Below, one piece after another: positions 58,227 through 64,000 of a stretch of 64,000 nucleotides of DNA. Both the position numbers and the translations under genes were made by a program. Under the pieces are notes generated by a model. That model searched no databases and was not told the origin of the DNA. It worked only from the letters and a program-made list of their open reading frames with translations. The DNA is from an uncultured Chloroflexia bacterium (lineage in GTDB: Bacteria; Chloroflexota; Dehalococcoidia; UBA2979). The stretch covers positions 928,001 to 992,000 of the forward strand of contig CAVSIV010000001.1 in the NCBI GenBank assembly GCA_963728205.1. Reading direction: 5' to 3'. Every line of letters begins with the position of its first letter. Within the stretch, counting starts at the first letter, position 1.

Positions 58227-58276
58227 TGAGAACCTCTCAAGCTCGGTTACCTCCCCGCGACTCGGCGGCCAAAATC

Positions 58277-59839
58277 TCAATTCACCCGACGGTATACGTC
58301 GAGTCCGTGCGCACTGAGGACACGTCGATATGATGATGCAACGTCCGACCGCTGCAGGATTGCCCGAACGGCACCCATCTTCTGCGAATCGGGGTTCACG
58401 AGGATCCATCGAGCGTGTGCCACCGGATCGAGAAGGGCCGCGCGCCAGACCGGTCCGTTGTCGAGCGTGATGTAGTCGTGTTGAGGGATGCCAGCGAGCT
58501 GAATCATAAGGTGGATCGATTGAAGGCTGCCACCGCAGCAAGCGTCATCCATGTCTACGAGAATATTGCCGCCGTCATACATCGAACGCCATTGATTCGC
58601 GACACCTCTCACGCTGGATATGCTTACACCGTAACCGCCGGCATATTTCGTGTCTGATACGGTCGCGATATTTCCGATGCCGTGTTGAACAAATATCGCA
58701 TTCTGTAGCAGCACAATTGCAACGACAATGACAAGAGCGATCATCCTGCTAGACCGCCGCCCTATCGACGTCACAAGAGACAGAGGTAGAACAATGGCCG
58801 GGAATAGCAATGATCCGTAACGCACGTTGAAGTAGGTACCGCCGAAGTGCGGCGTGTATATGACGCTGTTCCCGGAGTAGAGTGAATATACGTTAAAAAC
58901 AAGTGGTGTCAAAAGAAGGACAAACGCGAAAATCCATGCCTTCCGATCATTCCGCATAAGAAGGAATACAGTCACACAAGCACTAGCTGCAACAATCACC
59001 GGACCGGATATGATCATCGCGGAAGCAAGGTAAGAAGCGGTAGAGAGCGGTAGATTGTGTTCAGCGAACACCTGACTCGCCACGGATGCGGCGGAGGAAT
59101 AGGCCCCACGCGCGAACGCGAGCGGATCACCGAAGATGAGCCCGTTGTAGAAAAACCAGCAGAACATCGCGAATGCCGCGGGCGCGACTACCGCGATGGC
59201 GATCCCTTCGATCCGTTCCACGGCGTTCGGATCTTCGAGCAGCAGGTATAAGACGACCAGCACGCCCGCAACGAGCGCTGTGCCCCATCCGTCATAGCGG
59301 GTGAAGACTCCGAAGGCCAGCGCTAATCCGAACCCGATTGCTGACGATACGTCCCGGTTTCGCATCCATCGAACGAAGAACGCCGCGGACACCGTCAAGG
59401 ACGCGATCGCCAGCGGCTCCGTCAGGGCCATCGATTGGAGGTAGAGGATGGACGGATTCGTGACGAAGATGGCGGCTGCAAGGAAGCCAGCGGTACGCCG
59501 CCTCGTCAGCGACGCGGCTGTATAGGCGAGCGCGATCGCGGATACGGCGAAGGCTGGACCGTTGGCCATCGCGCCGGCGAGCCCCGTCCGCGCGACCTCC
59601 GGGAGATAGACGAACGGCTGCATGAGGAGGTGGAGTGCTGGCAGCCAGTTCGTGCCGAACTGCGCGAACCCCGGTGTCTTCGAGTCCAGCACCCGGCGGG
59701 CGATGTACGTGTGCCCGGCAGTGTCGCCGTAGCCGTAAACGAGATCAGCCTTGAAGGCGACGGTCGTCGCGACCGCGCCGATGACCAGAGCGACGAGGCC
59801 AACCACCAGCATGTCGGACCTCGTGAATGCTTCGCGCAT
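58277..59839 (-). CDS. GT-C (PMT/ArnT-like, family 39) membrane glycosyltransferase, low GC; start uncertain
   Basis: YGD...H..IARR, WLP..H, LTEPL, TRYDGW, NVRYG; many TM segments. Confidence 0.82.
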   Translation of the reverse strand: MREAFTRSDMLVVGLVALVIGAVATTVAFKADLVYGYGDTAGHTYIARRVLDSKTPGFAQFGTNWLPALHLLMQPFVYLPEVARTGLAGAMANGPAFAVSAIALAYTAASLTRRRTAGFLAAAIFVTNPSILYLQSMALTEPLAIASLTVSAAFFVRWMRNRDVSSAIGFGLALAFGVFTRYDGWGTALVAGVLVVLYLLLEDPNAVERIEGIAIAVVAPAAFAMFCWFFYNGLIFGDPLAFARGAYSSAASVASQVFAEHNLPLSTASYLASAMIISGPVIVAASACVTVFLLMRNDRKAWIFAFVLLLTPLVFNVYSLYSGNSVIYTPHFGGTYFNVRYGSLLFPAIVLPLSLVTSIGRRSSRMIALVIVVAIVLLQNAIFVQHGIGNIATVSDTKYAGGYGVSISSVRGVANQWRSMYDGGNILVDMDDACCGGSLQSIHLMIQLAGIPQHDYITLDNGPVWRAALLDPVAHARWILVNPDSQKMGAVRAILQRSDVASSYRRVLSAHGLDVYRRVN

Positions 59840-60277
59840 ACGGGGCCGACGCCACGCCTGCGGGTGCGCCCGTGCAGTGGCAGACACCCGCACCGTGAGG
59901 CCCTCTTTATCGGGGTTACCTGCCATGCGCGCAGTCCGCATCTTCAATGTCCGCCAGGTCACGGCCGCGTGCTCAGGCTCGCACCACCCGAGCGCGTCAA
60001 GACCAGCCGACTGTAGATGGAGTTCACCATCATCAGATGCACGAGAGCGGCCACCTCAGCCAGGTTCCTTCGACATCGATGCCCGACGCCCGCAGGTGTA
60101 CGCGGACGGGGGATCTCGTCCCCGCAAGCGACGAGCCCCAGCAGTGATACCAGAGGGTGCCGAATGACCTTTCGGCGGACCGTGGTCGCGATTGGATCCG
60201 AAGCCGTCTTCTGTGCCCGATCCGGGCCTGTGATCCGGCGGCATCCGGACCATCTGGCTCGCGGTGCCCCGCGCGCC

Positions 60278-61181
60278 CTACCCGTCCTCGCCCCGCTGCC
60301 GCTTGAGGAACTGCTCGAGGTCGCTGAGCAGATCTTCGGTCGGCGGGAGCTCGCCTTTTGGCGTCTCCTCCGAGATCGCCGGCAGCGGCGGGCGGTTCGC
60401 GTCGAACTGCTCCTCCAGCTGGTGCACGTACGACGACGCCTCCGGCGACTCCTCCATCACCTCGCGGATCTTCTCGTCGAACTCGGTGATGTGGTCCTGC
60501 ATGCCCTCCAGCGAGGTGTGCGTCCCGAACCCGTGGTCGATGAGCCGGATCAGCGAGACGGCCAGGTTCGGGTTCGGGCCGATCGTCAGGTAGTGCGGCG
60601 ACATCGCCCACAGGCTCGCGTTCTTCCACCCCTGCGCGCGCAGGCAGCAGGTTGAGCACGCCGACGATCCCCGTCTGCCCCTGGTAGCGCGACGCCGGCG
60701 CCTCCAGGCCGAAGATCTCCTCGAAGTCCGAGTGCGACGCCGACAGCGATACCGGCACCGGCCGCGTGTGCGGCACGCCCGACGGCTGTGCGCCCAGCGT
60801 GATGCTCGTCGTGGAGCCGACCGCGACCAGCAGCTCCTCGACGATCCCGGTGAACGTCTTCCAGTGCGTGTGCGGCTCGATGCCCTTCATCAGCACGAAG
60901 TCGCGGTCCGCGCCCTCGGGGCTCGCCACGAAGAAGCGGTTCTGCGGCCAGTCGAGCGTGCGCTCGCCGTGCTCGAGGCGCGTGCGCGGGCGCTGCACCG
61001 TGAAGTCGTAGAAGTGCTCGGGGTCGATGTCGGCGAGCGGCTTCGCTTCCCACTGCTCCACGAGATAGTCGATCGCCGCCGCTGCGCCGCCCGTCGCGTC
61101 CGTGAACCCGACGAAGGCCGCGAGGAAGACGGGATCGCGCAGCTTCCGGATGTCGTCCAGCGGACGCAGGGCCTCGTGCAT
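60278..61181 (-). CDS. PAC2 (proteasome assembly chaperone) family; 1-nt indel near 60645
   Basis: AF.GF.DA, FYDFTVQRP, GIEP..W, VPHTRP, SRYQG.TGIVG then SLWAMSPHY..PNP. Confidence 0.88.
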
Positions 61182-61244
61182 GGGAGCCTCCCTCGCGCGT
61201 CGCACGCGGGGGGCCTCGCGCGCGACGCTCTCGGTCCAGCGTAC

Positions 61245-62090
61245 CTAGATCTGGGAGTAGCCGGACCCCACCCGGTCGATTCCCGTGCCCTTGCCGTCCT
61301 CGATCCAGCCGAATTCCTTCAGAATCTGCTGGCTGTACGTCACGCGGCCGGTCACCTTGTCGACGGGCTCCGAGGCCAGCAGCAGCGCCGCGCGCGCCAT
61401 CATCAGGGGCGGCTCGCCGCGCGGGTCGTCCATGCCCGTCACCAGGTGGTGGAAGACGGTCCCCGGCGTCGGCACGACCTGCGACGGCGACACGCACGCC
61501 ACCGACACGCCGTGCTCGTAGACCTCCTCGGCGAGGCCCTGGGTGAAGCGCTCGAGCGCCGCCTTGCTCGCGCCGTACATCGTGCCGCCGCGCGCGGAGG
61601 CGTTCGGGTAGGGGCCGCGGCCCGGGCCGATCGCCGCGCCGGACGAGATGTTCACGATCGCGCCGCGGCCCTTGTCGAACATCCCGGGCAGCACCGCCTT
61701 CGACAGCATGAACGGGCCGTGCACGTTGACCGCGAACGAGCGCATCCAGCGGCTGGCCGGATAGTCGACGATCGGGATGTAGTAGTTGAGCGCGGCGTTG
61801 TTCACGAGCACGTCCGCCGGGCCGAACGCCTGGCGCGCCTGCTCGACGAGGTGCATGCAATCGTCTTCCTCGGAGACGTTGGCCGCCACGGCGACCGCCT
61901 CGCCGCCGGCGTCCTTGATGTTCTGCACCGTGCGCGAGAGCGAGCCCTCGAGCTGGTGGTCGCCCTCGTTCACCGTGCGCGCCGCGCAGACGACCTTCGC
62001 GCCCTCGGACGCGAACAGCTCGGCGATCGCCTGCCCGATGCCGCGGCTCGCCCCGGTCACGATCGCGACGCGGCCATCCAGCTTGCCCAT
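61245..62090 (-). CDS. SDR family oxidoreductase
   Basis: VTGASRGIG, NNAA, NISS, YGASK. Confidence 0.92.
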   Translation of the reverse strand: MGKLDGRVAIVTGASRGIGQAIAELFASEGAKVVCAARTVNEGDHQLEGSLSRTVQNIKDAGGEAVAVAANVSEEDDCMHLVEQARQAFGPADVLVNNAALNYYIPIVDYPASRWMRSFAVNVHGPFMLSKAVLPGMFDKGRGAIVNISSGAAIGPGRGPYPNASARGGTMYGASKAALERFTQGLAEEVYEHGVSVACVSPSQVVPTPGTVFHHLVTGMDDPRGEPPLMMARAALLLASEPVDKVTGRVTYSQQILKEFGWIEDGKGTGIDRVGSGYSQI

Positions 62091-62174
62091 GGCGTGCCTT
62101 CCCCTCGTGCATGTCGGTGGTGCGTGGTGAGTCGGCGCGGAGTGTAGACGAATCGACCCGTGGGGGCGGCCCGG

Positions 62175-62213
62175 GCACCGCACCGGGGCACCGCACCGGG
62201 GCACCGCACCGGG
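62175..62213. repeat. 13-bp tandem repeat, 3 copies
   Basis: GCACCGCACCGGG three times in the divergent intergenic region. Confidence 0.85.
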
Positions 62214-62349
62214 GTCAGCGGCGGGCGAGGACGAAGCCAATCGGCACCCTGCCGGCTGCCGCTCGACGACGGCGACGGGGGTGGGCGAGCGGGGCCCATG
62301 CGCGCCGGCGGTACCGTGGATCACGCACCGCATGCGAGTGGAGACGGCG

Positions 62350-64000
62350 ATGAGCGAGGATCCCACGACGACGGCGCAGGCCCCGACGGCGGAGCCGTTC
62401 GTGGTCACGATGCAGGGGCCGACCGGCAGCCGCCCGCTCGACGACGCGGCCCTGCACGCGATCGACGCCTACTGGCGCGCCGCGAACTACCTGACGGTCG
62501 GCCAGATCTACCTGCGCGACAATCCGCTGCTGCGCGAGCCGCTGCGGCCCGAGCACGTGAAACCTCGGCTGCTCGGCCACTGGGGCACGAGCCCGGGCCT
62601 CAACTTCGTGTATGTGCACCTCAACCGCATCATCCGCGAGCGCGACACGAACATGCTGTTCGTCACCGGCCCCGGCCACGGCGGACCGGCGGTCGTCGCC
62701 AACACCTACCTCGAGGGCACCTACAGCGAGATCTATCCGAACGTCTCCACCGACGCCGAAGGCCTGAAGCGCCTCTTCACGCAGTTCTCCTTCCCGGGGG
62801 GCATCCCGAGCCACGCGGCACCCGAGACGCCCGGTTCCATCCACGAAGGCGGCGAGCTCGGCTACTCGCTCGCGCACGCCTTCGGCGCGGTCTTCGACAA
62901 CCCCGACCTGGTGGCGGCGTGCGTGATCGGCGACGGGGAGGCGGAGACCGGCCCGCTTGCGACGGCGTGGCACTCGAACAAGTTCCTCAACCCGAAGCGC
63001 GACGGCGCGGTGCTGCCGATCCTCCACCTCAACGGCTACAAGATCGCGAACCCCACGATTCTCGCCCGCATCAGCCGCGACGAGCTCGAGCAACTGCTCG
63101 TCGGCTACGGCTGGCACCCGTGGTTCGTCGAGGGCGACGAGCCGGAAGCGGCGCACGAGCTGATGGCGGAGACGCTCGACGTCGTCTTCGACGAGATCCG
63201 CGAGATCCAGGAGCGGGCGCGCGCGTCGGAGCGGCCGCTGCGGCCGCGCTGGCCGATGGTCGTGCTCGTCACGCCGAAGGGCTGGACGGGCCCGAAGGAG
63301 GTCGACGGCCTGCCGGTCGAGGGCTCATGGCGCTCGCACCAGGTGCCGATCCCGGAGGTGCGCACGAACCCCGATCACCTGCGGCAGCTCGAATCGTGGA
63401 TGCGTCGCTACCGCCCCGAGGAGCTGTTCGACGAGCGCGGCACGCTGCGTGCGGAGCTCGCGGCGCTCGCGCCGCGCGGCGACCGCCGCATGGGCGCGAA
63501 CCCGCACACGAACGGCGGTCGCGTGCTCCGCGAGCTGCGTCTGCCCGACTTCCGCGACTACGGCGTCGCCGTCACGCCCGGCCAGACGATCGCCGAGGCG
63601 ACGCGCGTGCTCGGTGCGTTCCTGCGCGACGTGATGCGCCAGAACGCCGACGCCCACAACTTCCGCGTGTTCGGCCCCGACGAGACGGCGTCGAACCGCC
63701 TCGGCGCGGTGCTCGAGGCGACCGAGCGCGCCTGGATGGCGGAGACCGAGCCGACGGACGACCACCTCGCGCCGGACGGCCGCGTCATGGAGATGCTCAG
63801 CGAGCACACGCTGCAGGGCTGGCTCGAGGGTTACCTGCTCACCGGCCGGCACGGCTTCTTCTCGTGCTACGAGGCGTTCATCCACATCGTCGACTCGATG
63901 TTCAACCAGCACGCGAAGTGGCTGAAGGTGACGAAGGAGATCCCCTGGCGGCGGCCGATCGCGTCGCTCAACTACCTGCTGACGTCGCACGTCTGGCGCC
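62350..64000 (+). CDS. xfp: Phosphoketolase (runs off the window; absent from the ORF track)
   Basis: [53 protein letters not shown]. Confidence 0.96.
   Translation, partial: MSEDPTTTAQAPTAEPFVVTMQGPTGSRPLDDAALHAIDAYWRAANYLTVGQIYLRDNPLLREPLRPEHVKPRLLGHWGTSPGLNFVYVHLNRIIRERDTNMLFVTGPGHGGPAVVANTYLEGTYSEIYPNVSTDAEGLKRLFTQFSFPGGIPSHAAPETPGSIHEGGELGYSLAHAFGAVFDNPDLVAACVIGDGEAETGPLATAWHSNKFLNPKRDGAVLPILHLNGYKIANPTILARISRDELEQLLVGYGWHPWFVEGDEPEAAHELMAETLDVVFDEIREIQERARASERPLRPRWPMVVLVTPKGWTGPKEVDGLPVEGSWRSHQVPIPEVRTNPDHLRQLESWMRRYRPEELFDERGTLRAELAALAPRGDRRMGANPHTNGGRVLRELRLPDFRDYGVAVTPGQTIAEATRVLGAFLRDVMRQNADAHNFRVFGPDETASNRLGAVLEATERAWMAETEPTDDHLAPDGRVMEMLSEHTLQGWLEGYLLTGRHGFFSCYEAFIHIVDSMFNQHAKWLKVTKEIPWRRPIASLNYLLTSHVWR

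Overview
Very GC-rich bacterial chromosomal window. The gene set (rplY, rlmN, fmt, secG, yvcK, gatB, rarA, PAC2, expanded family III CoA-transferases, paired ferritin-like genes) suggests Chloroflexota, probably Dehalococcoidia/Tepidiformia-like; this is an inference. It holds about 55 CDS and five tRNAs (Leu-TAA; a Trp-Leu-Gly-Cys cluster). Main highlights: (1) a minus-strand operon at 36.9-42.9 kb encoding an intact diiron-carboxylate protein, a ligand-less paralog, a CxxC/CxxC zinc ribbon, an SCP2-like protein and a tandem CoA-transferase. It faces a convergent CoA-transferase/hotdog/crotonase/TcuA-like operon, and together they are a candidate uncharacterised multicomponent oxygenase pathway. 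(2) An erm-like rRNA methyltransferase between two near-identical inverted copies of a palindromic repeat, with an out-of-frame upstream ORF carrying an RVR motif. (3) Two dense families of intergenic palindromic repeats (MITE/REPIN-like) that often bracket single genes. (4) A two-component-regulated envelope glycosylation/Mo-oxidoreductase cluster with an aminotransferase-DUF2064 fusion. Several genes carry single-base frameshifts that look like assembly errors. All family calls come from motif recognition by eye; no database searches were run.
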